The notes beneath the pieces were generated by a model. It saw only the letters and a list, made by a program, of their open reading frames with translations. It had not been told where the DNA came from and did not search any database. The position numbers and the translations under genes were made by a program. A stretch of DNA of 64,000 bases, taken from an uncultured delta proteobacterium (GTDB lineage Bacteria > Myxococcota > Myxococcia > Myxococcales > Myxococcaceae). Location of the stretch: the NCBI GenBank assembly GCA_963771175.1, contig CAVYSY010000050.1, positions 96,001 to 160,000 on the forward strand. Reading direction: 5' to 3'. This document shows, in pieces, positions 32,340-43,446 of this stretch. Every line of letters starts with the position of its first letter. Positions within the stretch are counted from its first letter, which is position 1.

Positions 32340-34208
32340 TCAGCCCGGAGGCGAAGGAGGGCGGGGCTCGTCGGCCTCGTCGGCTCCCCGTGCTCCGTCG
32401 GCCGCGTCTCCCTGCACCTGGGCCTGGGTCTGCGGCCGGTTGTCCTGCTCGAAGAGCGCGCGCAGCTCCTCGCGGGCCTGCTGCGCCGTCCGCAGGAGCT
32501 TCTCCTCGTCCTGGTACACCGCGTGCTGCTTGTGGAGCATCTCCTCGTCGTAGGCGCGGAACCGCTCCACGATGCTCCCGGCCTGGGTCTCGTCGAAGCC
32601 GAGCCCCCGTAGGACGTGCACGGCCATGTCCAGGCTCGACAGCAGCGTCTCGCGGTTGAGCACCTTCACGCCCGCGTCCATCAGTTGGTAGGCGTGCGCG
32701 CGGTTTCTCGCCCGGGCGTAGATGGGCAGCTCCGGGAAGTGGCGGCGCACCAGCTCCGCCGTGCGCACCGAGGCCTCTGGATTGTCGATGGCCAGCACGA
32801 ACAGCTTCGCCCGGGCCGCTCCCGCGGCGCGCAGCAGCTCCAGGCGTGAGGCATCGCCGTAGTAGATCTTGTTGCCGTACCGGCGCAGGAAGTCGACCTG
32901 CTCGGGGTTCACCTCCAGCGCGGTGAAGCCGATGTCCAGCATGTTGAGCACGCGCCCGATGATCTGCCCGTACCGGCCGAACCCGGCGATGAGCACCGGC
33001 TGATGATCCGTGTCCTCCAGCCGGTCGTACTCCACGGGCACGGCCCGCCGCAGCAGGCGGTCGACCACGGTGTCATGCAGCGCCAGCAGGAGTGGCGTAA
33101 GGGCCATGGACAGGGACACCACCACCACGAGCAACTCGGTGAGCCCGCGATCCATCAACCCCGCGGTGGCGGCGACGCCGAAGAGCACGAAGGCGAACTC
33201 GCCGCCCTGGGCGAGCGCCAGCGCCATGACGCGCCGCCCCTGGAGCATCAGCCCGATGGGCCGTCCAAGCCCGAAGAGGACGCCGCCCTTGATCACCATC
33301 AGGCCCACCACGCACGCGGCGACGAGCAGCGGCTGCCGCAGGACGAGTCCCAGATTCATGGACATGCCTACCGCGATGAAGAAGAGCCCCAGCAGCAGAC
33401 CCTTGAACGGCTCGATGTCCGCCTCCAGCTCGTGACGGTACTCGGAGTCCGCGAGCAGCACGCCCGCGAGGAACGTGCCGAGCGCCATGGACAGGCCGGC
33501 GAAGCGCATCAGCAGGGCCACGCCCACGACCACCAGGAGGGTGGTGGCGGTGAAGATCTCCTGCATCCGCGTGGCGGCGATGAGCCGGAAGAGGGGGCGC
33601 ACCAGGAAGCGACCGGCGAGCACCACCGCGGCGAGCACGGCCACCACCTTGAGCACTGATAGGAGGAAGTGGGGGCCGTCACTCGCCGGGCCGTCCTGGC
33701 GGCCGGAGAGCAGCGGGATGAGCGCCAGCAGGGGGATGACGGCGAGATCCTGGAACAGGAGGATGGCGAAGCTCTCGTGGCCATGGCGGGCGGCGAGCTG
33801 GTTGCGCTCACCGAGCAGTTGCAGGGCAATGGCGGTCGAGGACAGTGACAGGCCGAGCCCGGCGATGAGGGCGGCCTTCAGGGGCAGGCCGAACGCGATT
33901 CCCGCGCCCGCGAGCAGGAGTCCACTCAGCAGCACCTGCAAGAGGCCGAGCCCGAAGACGGAGCGCCGCAGGGCCCACAGGCGGGCGGGTTGCAGCTCCA
34001 GGCCGACGATGAACAGGAACAGCACCACGCCGAACTCGGCGAAGTGGAGGATGTCCTCGGGGTCCCGGATAAGGCCCAGGCCCGAGGGGCCGATGGCGAC
34101 GCCTGCGGCCAGGTAGCCGAGGATGGAGCCGAGCCCCAGCCGCTTGAAGAGCGGCACGGCGATCACCGCCGCGATGAGGAAGACGGCGATTTCGTTGAGG
34201 TAGCTCAT
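32340..34208 (-). CDS. kefC: Glutathione-regulated K+ efflux protein, KefB/KefC family (CPA2 + KTN)
   Basis: SSTAI, LLFQD, HELEADIEPFK and GFGRYGQ motifs. Confidence 0.92.
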   Translation of the reverse strand: MSYLNEIAVFLIAAVIAVPLFKRLGLGSILGYLAAGVAIGPSGLGLIRDPEDILHFAEFGVVLFLFIVGLELQPARLWALRRSVFGLGLLQVLLSGLLLAGAGIAFGLPLKAALIAGLGLSLSSTAIALQLLGERNQLAARHGHESFAILLFQDLAVIPLLALIPLLSGRQDGPASDGPHFLLSVLKVVAVLAAVVLAGRFLVRPLFRLIAATRMQEIFTATTLLVVVGVALLMRFAGLSMALGTFLAGVLLADSEYRHELEADIEPFKGLLLGLFFIAVGMSMNLGLVLRQPLLVAACVVGLMVIKGGVLFGLGRPIGLMLQGRRVMALALAQGGEFAFVLFGVAATAGLMDRGLTELLVVVVSLSMALTPLLLALHDTVVDRLLRRAVPVEYDRLEDTDHQPVLIAGFGRYGQIIGRVLNMLDIGFTALEVNPEQVDFLRRYGNKIYYGDASRLELLRAAGAARAKLFVLAIDNPEASVRTAELVRRHFPELPIYARARNRAHAYQLMDAGVKVLNRETLLSSLDMAVHVLRGLGFDETQAGSIVERFRAYDEEMLHKQHAVYQDEEKLLRTAQQAREELRALFEQDNRPQTQAQVQGDAADGARGADEADEPRPPSPPG

Positions 34209-34284
34209 CCGGGGCCTCCCATGCCGCCATCTCCGGTCTAAGAGGCTGTTCCGGTTGCCGCAAGCCCTCGAGGGGGGCCTGCGC

Positions 34285-34890
34285 TCACCGGGAGAAAGTC
34301 AGTGGCTCCTCCCTCGAATGGTGGTTGCGGGGCGACGGTTCCTGGGCCGAGAGCTGGCGCTGGATGAACTCGATTAATGGACGGAAGACCTCGGAGGAGA
34401 GGAGCTTCTCGAAATCGGAGTCCGACAGCTTCTTCACCAACTGCTTCGCGCCATGCCCCGACCTCGGCTTCGGCAAGAGCTTCTGGATCGCGGCCCGGGG
34501 GCCCAGCGCGGCCCGGGCGATATCGAGCTCCGACACCTTCTTGCCGGTGATGCGCTCCAACATTTCACGGTCGGAGAAGAAGACCGCCTCGGGTTCGGGC
34601 TGAGCGAGCACGATGAGCCACATGTGCTTGGGTGCACTTGTACTGAAGAGACCCTCAAGGTCGCTCCGTTGCTCCTCCGTGAGGTCGTGATCGATGGTGT
34701 CCGCATCCACGACGAGCGCTGTCGGTATCCTCTTGTTGGAGAGCAGCGAGTCCACGCCGGACCACGCATTCTGCTTGTTGGTGGCCGCACGGACACAGAC
34801 CTCGCGAGCACCTTTGCCGAAGCGTCTGGCCAGAAGCGATGCGATCAGCTCCTTGTCGAACTCATTCTCCGTCACGACATAGGCTCTCAT
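34285..34890 (-). CDS. Hypothetical protein with TOPRIM-like motifs
   Basis: YVVTENEFD (acidic residue after the first strand) and LVVDAD (DxD); ATGA overlap with the upstream REase. Confidence 0.6.
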   Translation of the reverse strand: MRAYVVTENEFDKELIASLLARRFGKGAREVCVRAATNKQNAWSGVDSLLSNKRIPTALVVDADTIDHDLTEEQRSDLEGLFSTSAPKHMWLIVLAQPEPEAVFFSDREMLERITGKKVSELDIARAALGPRAAIQKLLPKPRSGHGAKQLVKKLSDSDFEKLLSSEVFRPLIEFIQRQLSAQEPSPRNHHSREEPLTFSR

Positions 34891-35444
34891 GTATTCGTCT
34901 CCAAGAAGTTATGCGGGGCGAGGCCCTGCTCGACGGTGCGCCTGTACTTCCTGCTCAGTCCTTCTCGGAATGCCCGGTGATCCAGGGAGTGGGCAACCTC
35001 CTCGCCCTTCCACAGTAGGATCGTCTGGGGACCCACGAACTTGATGAGCGTGGTGGCCGCCGAAGAAAAGCCGCCGCGACTGAAGATCAGTCCGACAGTG
35101 CTTGCTGGCCTGCGGAGCAGTTGGTTCCTCATCTTGGCGATGGGCTCAATGTTCATGGACTTCGAGGTGTCCTTGGCCTCCACGATGCACGCGAGCCCGT
35201 CCACGAAGACGGCTCCATCGATCTGCTCTGTTTCCCCAGCTCCATCTGACGAGGAGAGGCGGATGGCATAGGGCCACGTCACCTCGGCACCCTCGAGTTC
35301 GAATGCTCGGAGTATCAAGTACTCGAACGCCTTGCCCGGCTCCCAGCCCTCCACCCGCCCCTGGACGAGCCGGTTGTGAAAGGTCCTCAGCCGGGTCCAG
35401 CCCATGGTCCTGATGCGAGCCTTGTATTCGTTTTCGCTTCCCAC
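34887..35444 (-). CDS. Mrr-like PD-(D/E)xK restriction endonuclease
   Basis: AFEYLI, EQIDG, IVEAKD and SRGGFS motifs; GTG start with a GGAGG RBS. Confidence 0.8.
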   Translation of the reverse strand: MGSENEYKARIRTMGWTRLRTFHNRLVQGRVEGWEPGKAFEYLILRAFELEGAEVTWPYAIRLSSSDGAGETEQIDGAVFVDGLACIVEAKDTSKSMNIEPIAKMRNQLLRRPASTVGLIFSRGGFSSAATTLIKFVGPQTILLWKGEEVAHSLDHRAFREGLSRKYRRTVEQGLAPHNFLETNT

Positions 35445-35644
35445 CCTCGCCCTCCTGCCCACCGGTCGCTTCGCGACGTCAATGGCCACCACCCTACCTG
35501 AGCAGTCTGACACGCTCAACCCATGAAGTCATGTGTCGAGGAGTAACTCGAAAGGTGAGCCGCCCGGGGCTCAAGCGGCTTGAAATGCAGTCGGCATCCG
35601 GCGAGGCTGTCCCCAGTCCCTTCCCTCGACAGGACCAGCCCTCG

Positions 35645-36549
35645 ATGCTGCCCGTACTCCTGGCCGTGCTGCTCTCCCAGGCCCCGACCGCCAACCCCCG
35701 CCAGCAGGGCGTCCCCATCGGGAAGGGCAAGACGCTGCCCACCGTGCGCCTCTCCGCGCCCTCCGGCGGCTGGACCGTGGATCGCATGCTGCTCGTGGAG
35801 GGCACCCTCAGCGACACCACCATCGATCCGGTGGTCATCTCCATCAACGGCGACCGCTACCTGATGCGCACCTTCAGCGGGCGCTTCAAGCGCAAGTTCC
35901 CCGCCGCCAGCGGCAAGAACGTCGTCACCGTCATGGCCACCAACCAGGCCGGCACCGCTCGCGCCCAGGCCACCAGCTACGCGCAGATTCCCCCCGTGCC
36001 CCTCAAGGCCATCCTCACCAGCGACACCGACGGCGTCTACACCGACCTCCACATCTACGAGCCCACCAGGAGAGCCTCTCCCCGGCCAAGGAGGGCTCGG
36101 GTCAGGTGCTCGACTTGAAGAAGATGGCCCACGTCTACTGGGCCAACACCGAGAGCCCCAGCGGCGGCACCTTCTTCCTCAACGAGCAGGGCGGCGACTT
36201 CGACGAGCCCGCCTACGGGCCCTACCTCTACGTCCACCGCGCTCCGCCCAAGGGCGTCTACCTCATCGCCACCAACTACTGGCCCAGCGGCGACAAGGCC
36301 CACACCGTGGCCACGCTCAACGTCGTCCTCTTCGAGGGCACGCCCCAGGAGATGCGCCGCATGGTGCGCATCCCGCTCGCCACTCCCGGCACCACGCGCG
36401 TGCTCGCCTGGGTGAACGTGCTCGGCGATGGCAAGGCCGAGCTCTACGTGCCCTCGCAGGACCCCGCCCCCAAGAGCGCCTCGTGGCCCCGCAACCTGGA
36501 CGAGGCCGTCAAGACGCTCTCCACAGGCGGCATGGACTCGGAGTACTGA
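35645..36549 (+). CDS. DUF2135/YfaP-like protein, frameshifted near 36070-36110
   Basis: LTSDTDGVYTDLHIYEP...YGPYLY..GVYLIATNYW; first gene of the A2M operon. Confidence 0.75.
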
Positions 36550-36564
36550 GGCATCCGGCTCGCC

Positions 36565-37140
36565 ATGCGCGCCCTGCTCCTGCTCCTCTCGCTCCAGGCG
36601 GCCACTCCCGCTCCCGAGCCCCTCCAGGCGCTGCTGCGCCGCGAGGTGGCCCAGGTGGCGCTCGCCCAGGTGCGCCGCATGGACCCGAACTGGCACCCGG
36701 AACAGCGCGACTGCGCGGGCCTCGTGCGCTTCGTCTACCGCGGTGCCTACCGGCGCTTCCGCCCCGAGCGGCTCGCCACCCCCCTATGGCGCGATGCCCG
36801 CGGCGAGCCCGGTGACTTCGCCGATGCGGAGACGCTGCTGACGCACAGCTTCGTGCCGCTCGGCCGCGACGAGGCCTCGCGCGAGTCCCTCCGCACGGGC
36901 GACCTCGTGGCCTTCCGCCAGGAGCGCGACGCCGGCCCCATCTTCCACCTGATGCTCGTGGTGCGCCCGGAGGACAAGGCGCACGCTCCCACGCGCGTCG
37001 TCTACCACCCGGGCGAGAAGGGTGCCGCCGTGCGCACCGGCGTCCTCCAATCGCTCGCCACCGAGGCGCCCCTGGAGTGGCGCCCGGTGCCCCAGAACAC
37101 CGCCTTCCTCGGTTTCTTCCGCTTCAAGGAGTGGATGTGA
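36565..37140 (+). CDS. DUF1175/YfaT-like protein (NlpC/P60-like)
   Basis: QRDCAGLVRF, GDLVAF, HLML and VYH motifs. Confidence 0.85.
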   Translation: MRALLLLLSLQAATPAPEPLQALLRREVAQVALAQVRRMDPNWHPEQRDCAGLVRFVYRGAYRRFRPERLATPLWRDARGEPGDFADAETLLTHSFVPLGRDEASRESLRTGDLVAFRQERDAGPIFHLMLVVRPEDKAHAPTRVVYHPGEKGAAVRTGVLQSLATEAPLEWRPVPQNTAFLGFFRFKEWM

Positions 37141-38726
37141 TGAACCCTCCCTCTTCTCCGCCTCCCAAGGGTGGACCTCCCCGCGCCGTCCTCGTGGGCA
37201 TCGGCGTCGCCGTGCTCGTCGCGGTGGCCGTGGGCTCCTTCATGCTCGGCCGCCGCGGCTCCTCCGACTCCTCGGGCCCGGCCTCCGGTACCTCCACTTC
37301 GGCCGGTGGCTCGACTGGCTCCAGCGGCGGCTCCGTCCTGCAGGCCCTGCCGCCCGCTCCCGAGAAGCCGCAGCAGATGGAGGTGCCCACCGGGCGCGTG
37401 CGCCCGGCCGTCTGGGTGGATGTCTACGCGCCCGGCAAGGTGCGCGAGGCGCTCGCCGGCAATGCGTGGCTGAAGGACGAGCTCCAGAAGCCGCTCGGCA
37501 AGGGCTTCGTGGGCGGGTGGGCCGCCTTCCTCGGTACACGCGGCGAGGACCTGGGTGCCTCCTTCAAGGGCGCCGTGTTCGACGTCATGGCCGGGCAGTT
37601 CCTGGCCGCCCCGTTCCGCATGGTGTGGTTCTCCGGGGAGAGTCGCTCGGGCACGCCCGCCATCATCATCCCCGAGCCGGGCGACACCGCCATGGCCGCC
37701 TTCACGTCCCTCGGTGGCACTGTCCGCCGCAACGAGATGACGGCCAACGCCTGCCCGGGTGGCGAGGGTGACGTGCCCGCGGAGGGCTTCACGCTGGAGC
37801 GCTGGCTCGTGGCCGAGCAGTCGTTGTGGGCCGGGCGCACGGAGGACCGGATGGTGTTCGGCCGGCACCCGGCGGCGGTGCTCCAGGGCCTGTGCGAGCC
37901 GCACCTGCATTTAGATCCGCCCGAGGACGTGGACGTGGAGCTCGGCTTCGCCCCCGAGCCGCTCGGGCGAGAGGCTCAGCTCCTCACGCACGTCATGGGT
38001 GTGGCCAATGGCATCCGGCTGCGGTTCGCCGTCCAGGGCACCCGCCTGGTGGGTCTTGGCATCTCCGGGCCCGTCGCGGACGAGCCCCGCATGGACAGCG
38101 CGCCTCTCTCGGACGACCTGCTGAAGCTCGTTCCCGAGGAGACGCCGGTGCTGCTCGCGCTCCAGCTCAAGCTGCCCGAGAAGTTGGATCGCGACACCCT
38201 CAAGGCCTTCTGGTCCGGCAAGGGCTCGGTGGGGCCCGTGCGCACGCGCCAGGTGGCGATGCTGTGGACGCCCCGGGGCTACGAGAGCCTGCCCACCGAG
38301 GTGGCCCTGCTCTGGGGCCACCCCGAGGACGCGGCGGCGCTCGGGCAGATCTTCTCCGGGCCCAACCGGATGGAGACCGCCACCCTGTGCGGACACCACG
38401 TCCTGGCCTCCACCCCGGAGGTGCTCGCGCGGCTGCGCAAGGCGTGTGAGGGCAAGGGGCCCAACCTGCTCAACGCGGCGGCTCCGGTGGTGCAGGGGCT
38501 GCGTGCGCCGGGCTCGGTGTCCTTCGGCGTCAACACCGGGCGGCTGCTCGGCACGCTGCTGGCGGATGGGTACTGGTCGCAGGTGGTGCAGTCGGATCCG
38601 GAGAAGCCGCGCGCGGCGCCGCCGGAGATCGAGGCCGCGCGGCGTGAGTTGGAGTCGCTGCCGTACATCGGCCTGCGCGGCACCGTGGAAGGCAACAGGT
38701 TGGTTCCGGGAGGGTTTGGCTCATGA
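37140..38726 (+). CDS. Membrane-anchored protein of the A2M operon (positionally YfaA/DUF2138-like)
   Basis: N-terminal TM segment; translationally coupled to both neighbours. Confidence 0.65.
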   Translation: MNPPSSPPPKGGPPRAVLVGIGVAVLVAVAVGSFMLGRRGSSDSSGPASGTSTSAGGSTGSSGGSVLQALPPAPEKPQQMEVPTGRVRPAVWVDVYAPGKVREALAGNAWLKDELQKPLGKGFVGGWAAFLGTRGEDLGASFKGAVFDVMAGQFLAAPFRMVWFSGESRSGTPAIIIPEPGDTAMAAFTSLGGTVRRNEMTANACPGGEGDVPAEGFTLERWLVAEQSLWAGRTEDRMVFGRHPAAVLQGLCEPHLHLDPPEDVDVELGFAPEPLGREAQLLTHVMGVANGIRLRFAVQGTRLVGLGISGPVADEPRMDSAPLSDDLLKLVPEETPVLLALQLKLPEKLDRDTLKAFWSGKGSVGPVRTRQVAMLWTPRGYESLPTEVALLWGHPEDAAALGQIFSGPNRMETATLCGHHVLASTPEVLARLRKACEGKGPNLLNAAAPVVQGLRAPGSVSFGVNTGRLLGTLLADGYWSQVVQSDPEKPRAAPPEIEAARRELESLPYIGLRGTVEGNRLVPGGFGS

Positions 38727-41700
38727 GGTACTCCGCTCGCATCGCGGCATTGGCCGCGCTGATGTGCGCTGGCGTGGCGGCGGCCAAGCCGCTCTACATC
38801 ACCGTCCCCCGTGCCTACGGCAGTGGGGAGCCCGTGGGCGTGGACGTGGCTTTCGAGGGCAAGGGGCCCGTCGAGCTGCGGGTGCTGAAGCCCGCGGACG
38901 TGGACGCCTTCATCCGCGCGCAGGGAGACCTGCGGCGCGCGTACCAGACGCCTCCCACCACGGCGAACCCCGGCAACGCGCTCAGCCGCGGTCTCAACGG
39001 GGCGCACGGGCCGGGCACCTTCCTGCTGTTCGCCCTGAACGAGGACTTCCGCAAGGCGGTGGCGCCGGGGCTTCCCGCGCGTCCGCCTCCGCCTCCGGGC
39101 CGTCCGCTGGCTCGCGTCTCCACCGGCCCCGAGAAGCTCGTGGGCATTCCTCCCGGCTTCTCCGTGGTGCGCAGCCAGTGGCTGAACCTGGACCTCGGCG
39201 GCTCCGAGCGCGAGTTCACCGTCCCGGGCTTCGACACCTCGTATTACGAGAGCGGCTACGAGGAGCGCCGGGTGACGCTCCCGCCGCTGCCCGTCGGCAC
39301 GTACATCCTCCAGCTCGTCCAGGGCCGCGTGGAGGGGCAGGTGGTGCTCGTCGTCACCGACCTCACCGTGCAGCTCAAGCAGACGGACGGGCAGGTGCTG
39401 GTGCGCGTCGCGGGGAAGGATCAGAAGCCGCGCGCGGGCGCCAAGGTGCAGGTGTACCTGGCCTCGGGCAAGGGTCCGAGCGGCACCACGGACGACAAGG
39501 GCGAGGTGACGCTGGCCGTCCAGGAGCCGCGCCTCATCGCCACGGCCACGTCGGGCGAGGACACCGCCATCGTGGACACGGACTTCTACTCGTCGCTGGC
39601 GGTGGCGCCGGACGTGTTCATCTACAGCGATCGGCCCGTCTACAAGCCGGGTGACGAGGTGAAGTACCGCGGCGTGGTGCGCCAGCCGGACACGTTCCTC
39701 GCGCGCCTCTTCACGCCGCGTCGGCGCGAGGTGGGGGTGAAGCTCGTCTCGGCCGAGGGCCGCGAGGTGGTGACGCGCGCGAAGGTGGACGAGTTCGGCA
39801 GCTTCTCCGGCAGCATGATGGTGCCGGCGGACCTGGGCACGGGCGTGCTGCGGGTGATGGCCGAGCTGGACTCGCAGCCGCACCAGGGCGAGGCGCGCGT
39901 GCAGGACTACGTGAAGCCCACCTTCTACGTGGAGCTGCAGTCGGAGAAGGAGACGGTGGTGCCGGGCGAGACGATCCGGGCCACGGTGCGGGCGCGGCGG
40001 TACGCGGGCGGAGTGCCCGCGGGCGCGAAGTACGAGGTGTTCCTCTACCGCACGCTGCTGGACTCGCCGGCCTGGGTGGATGACTCGGGCATGGGCGGGC
40101 AGGGGAGCGCGGTGACGTACGGCAGCGCCTCCACCACGGAAGGCAAGTTGAGCGTCCCCGAGCGCCTGTTCTCCACGGTGGCCCAGCGCGGAGCCGAGGA
40201 GGACCCGTGGGCGAGCGCCGCGACGTTCGACGAGAACGGGGATGCGCAGATTGAAATCCCCGTGCCCGCGCTCAAGCCGGGCGAGGAGCGCTTCCCGTAC
40301 CGCTACACGCTCACCGTGCGCGCGCGGGATGACCAGGAGACGTTCGCCAACGCGAGCGCCGCCTTCTTCCTGTCCAAGGTGGAGGTGCTGGGGGCCACGC
40401 GCTACTCGGCGGCGGTGGTGAAGAAGGGCACCGAGGCGATGCTGGGCATCCGCGCCACCACGCTCTCCGGCAAGCCCTACGGCGCCACGCCGGGCGAGGT
40501 GGAGTTCGTGCTGCGCAAGGCCGACGGCAGCGAGAAGAGCCTCGGCAAGAAGGCCTTCACCACGGGGGCGGATGGTGCGTACCGCGAGAAGGTGCCCACC
40601 TCGGACGTGGGCACGGTGGTGGCGCGCGTCACGGTGAAGGACAAGGGCGGCGAGGCCTGGACGGGCGAGGACCAGCTGCTCGTCATCGGCGAGGCCGACG
40701 AGCCGGTGGCGCAGGTGCCCAACCTGACGCTGGCATCGCTCTCGGGCACGCTGGAGTCCGGGGACACGGCGCAGCTCGTGGCGCTGCTGCCGGACGGCTG
40801 GGGCCCGGGTGGCCAGGACGCGGGCCCGGTGTGGGTGACGCTCTCGGGCGCGGGGCTGTATGGCACCCAGCTCGTCGAGCTGAAGGGCCGCACGCTGGTG
40901 CACTCCTTCGAGGTGGAGAACCGCTTCGGCAGCGCGGTGTACGCGTCGGTGGCGTACCCGACGGCCACGGGCCGCTGGGAGGAGCGCACGGTGGGCTTCC
41001 GCATCATCCCCGCCGAGCGCACCCTGAATGTCTCGCTGCAGCCCCGGCGCATCGAGGCCACGCCCCTCACGGAGCAGGTCATCGACATCCGGGTGACGAA
41101 CCACGAGGGCCAGGGCGTGGTGGCGCAGCTCTCGGTGGGCGTGGTGGACAAGGCCGTCTACGCCATCCAGAGCGAGTTCCGCCCCAAGGTGCTGGACTTC
41201 TTCTACCCGGTGGGCCGCAACAACGTGGCCACCTTCTTCTCGGCCGAGTTCCAGGGCTACGGCTATGGCGAGGCGCTCGCGCGGAAGATGGCGGGGCTGC
41301 CGGACCATGCCTTCGCCTCCATCAAGCCGCCCACGCGGCAGGCGAAGGACCTGGACAGGGACACGGCCTACTGGAGCCCGACGGTGGTGACGGATCGGGA
41401 CGGACGGGCCACGGTGCGCTTCAAGCTGCCGTCCAACCAGACGCTGTGGGTGGTGACGGGCGTGGCGGCGGACACCTCGGGCCGCTTCGGCGAGTCCACG
41501 GCCGAGTTCGCCACGCGCGGGGGACTCAACCTGTACGCCGCGCTGCCGCAGTTCCTCCGCCAGGGGGACGAGGCGCTCGCGTCGGTGCGCCTGTCGGCGG
41601 GCGAGGCCTCCACGGGCAGCCAGCTCCTGGACGTGCGGCTCGCGGCGGCGGGAGTGCTCGAGGCCGCCGAGTCGAAGCAGAAGGTGGAGCTGGGCAAGGG

Positions 41701-43442
41701 CGGCGAGCAGGTGCTGCCCCTCGTGCTGAAGGCGAAGGGCTCCGGCACGGCCGAGCTGGCGGTGGAGGTGACGGGTGGCAAGGAGCCGCTGCGTGACCGG
41801 CGCGCGGTGGCTGGTGCGGCCCGCGGTGCTGGCGGAGCCGGTGAAGGTGTCCAAGTGGGGCGGCGGCGAGCTGGCCCTGCCCTCGGCTGCCAGTGCCTCG
41901 ATTTCGGAGGTGGAGCTGGTGCTGCAGCCGTCGCTGGTGGACGCGGCGCTCTCCAACGTGCGCGAGCTGCTGACGTATCCCTACGGGTGCCTGGAGCAGC
42001 TCGTGTCCACCACGGTGCCCAACGTGGCGCTGTACCAGACGCTGAAGAAGGCGGGCTCGCTGGAGTCGCTCGACACGGACAGCCAGGGGCTGCTGGCCGA
42101 GGCGCGCAGCCGCTCGGTGCAGGGCACGGCCCGCATCCTGGAGATGTCCGTCCGGGGTGGGGGCTTCACCTGGTTCAGCGGCTACAGCGAGGCGGACCTG
42201 CCCATGACGCTCATTGCCCTGGACGGGCTGGCGTACGCGGTGGAGGCGGGGCTGGTGGACCGGAATGATCCGCGCATCACCGAGAGCATGCGCTGGCTGG
42301 AGGCCCAGGGGGAGATGCCCTTCGAGTGGGACGCCACGCGGGCCTGGGTGCTGGCGCGACTGGACGGGGAGCGGCAGGCGGCTCGGGTGCGCGCGCTGGT
42401 GGAGCGGGCCACGCCGGGAGACCTGTACCCGCTGGCGATGGCGGTGCTGGCCGCGGAGAAGGCGGGAGTGATGAAGGAGCCCGCGCTCAAGGGCCGCATC
42501 GACGAGCTGGTGGCCCAGAGCAACGAGGGTTTCGTCTCGCTGGCCAGCATGCCCGCGCCGAGCGAGGCGATGTGGCGCTACCCGCTGCGCCGGGTGGGCC
42601 TCACCGCCATCCTGGGTCACGCGGCGTCCTTCGGGAAGCTGGACGTGGCCAAGGCGCGCCGGCGGTTGCTGGAGTCGCTGACCGAGCCGGGGCTGTCCAC
42701 CTTCGACCGGAGCACGGCGCTGCTGCACTCCATGTGGCTCATCGAGCGGGACGCGAAGGAGTTCCGCAAGCTGGCGGCGCCCGCGGTGAAGGGCGTGAAG
42801 GGCAACGTGCGCTTCGTGCCGCGCGGCATGGGGCTGGTGGCCACGCTGGAGCCGGGGACGCGCACGGTGGACGTGGCGGACTTCGAGGGCGTGGCGAGCC
42901 TCCGGGCCACGGCGTCCACGCCGCTGGCGGACGTGAAGCCGGTGGACGAGGGCATGAGCCTCCAGCGCACGTATTACGTGCTGCGCGAGGGCGGCAAGGT
43001 GCCGCTCGCGGCGGGCGACAGCGTGAGCCAGGGCGAGGAGGTGTACGTGGAGCTGACGCTGGACGCGCACGGGGAGAACCGGGTGCGCTCGGCGTACTAC
43101 GTGCTGGAGGACGCGGTGCCGGCGGGCTTCGTGCCGCTGGTGGAGGACAAGGTGTTCCGCGGTCCGCCGCACTCGCTGCCGCTCGCGCCCGAGGCCCTCA
43201 AGCGGCGCTCGTTGAGCCCCGAGCGCGCCACGTTCTTCTTCGAGGAGCCGACGTGGTGGAGCGACAGCCCTCGCACGGTGGGGTACGTGATGCGGGCCCA
43301 GTTCGCGGGCACCTTCTCCGCGCCGCCGGCCTTCATCGAGGACATGTACGTCACGAGCATCCGCGGCCGCACGGGCGCGGACGTGCTGAAGGTGGCGCCG
43401 TCCAAGCGCAGCACGGGCGACGTCGGCCAGAGCGAGTGGTGA
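38723..43442 (+). CDS. Bacterial alpha-2-macroglobulin (YfaS/MagD-like operon), one frameshift near 41810
   Basis: SDRPVYKPGD (MG2), VVDKAVY, PQFLRQGD, YPYGCLEQ, EDAVPAG and PPAFIEDMY motifs. Confidence 0.92.
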
Positions 43443-43446
43443 AGTC

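Noticed and set aside
38279..41956. 1225-aa minus-strand ORF and similar long shadow ORFs (79-1860, 5503-7113, 41526-43505, 46412-48868)
   Set aside because: Antisense shadows of real high-GC3 genes, with no motifs of their own
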